From Gammaproteobacteria bacterium (GTDB lineage: Bacteria > Pseudomonadota > Gammaproteobacteria > Steroidobacterales > XN24): 64,000 nt of DNA. Shown here piece by piece: positions 63,966 to 64,000 of the stretch. The stretch covers positions 22,142 to 86,141 of the forward strand of contig JBLRWH010000001.1 of assembly GCA_047921395.1 (NCBI GenBank). The letters are read 5' to 3'. Position 1 is the stretch's first letter. Each line of letters opens with the position of its first letter. A model generated the notes under the pieces. The model saw only the letters and a list, made by a program, of their open reading frames with translations, was not told where the DNA came from and made no database searches. The translations under genes were made by a program, and so were the position numbers.

Positions 63966-64000
63966 CCTTCCATGCGCTGACGATCCTGGGGAGTCTGCAG

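Larger units (their letters stand above)
45167..64000. other. Lower-GC accessory island (regulator plus 12-gene transport/acyl-CoA operon); right end not seen
   Basis: Abrupt rise in A/T and A/T-ending codons after the etfA stop. Hand counts of two selected lines: 48/60 GC at 44881-44940 versus 29/60 GC at 45781-45840. Confidence 0.7.

Overview
High-GC gammaproteobacterial chromosomal DNA (taxon inferred from gene order) in three blocks. (1) 1-19.8 kb is housekeeping: bamB(partial)-yfgM-hisS-rodZ-pilW-rlmN-ndk with no ispG, a reduced isc cluster (iscS, a degenerate one-Cys IscU-like gene, iscA), trmJ, suhB, queA-tgt-yajC-secDF, an ECF sigma/ZAS anti-sigma/PDZ-only module, tRNA-Leu(CAA), a NUDIX gene, fdxA and xerD-dsbC. 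(2) 20-45.2 kb holds a TonB2-type energiser cluster (DUF3450, two ExbB, two ExbD, TonB, TPR) directly downstream of the B12-dependent icmF. Divergent from icmF is a leucine/isovalerate catabolic run (LeuDH, liuA, thiolase, liuB-E, SDR, M16 peptidase pair, ETF-QO, etfBA). (3) 45.2-64 kb is a lower-GC accessory island. A MalT-like STAND-LuxR regulator converges on a 12-gene minus-strand operon. That operon encodes a putative envelope-spanning lipid transport machine (MMPL/RND, two Tat-signal DUF1329-like paralogues, YCF48-like propeller, DUF1302-like beta-barrel) plus CoA-ligase, atypical acyl-CoA dehydrogenase, SCP2-type thiolase, three reductase-like enzymes and DUF3237. This island is the best candidate for an undescribed system. 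No CRISPR array, rRNA, transposase or phage integrase was seen. Family names come from recognised motifs and gene context, not database searches.
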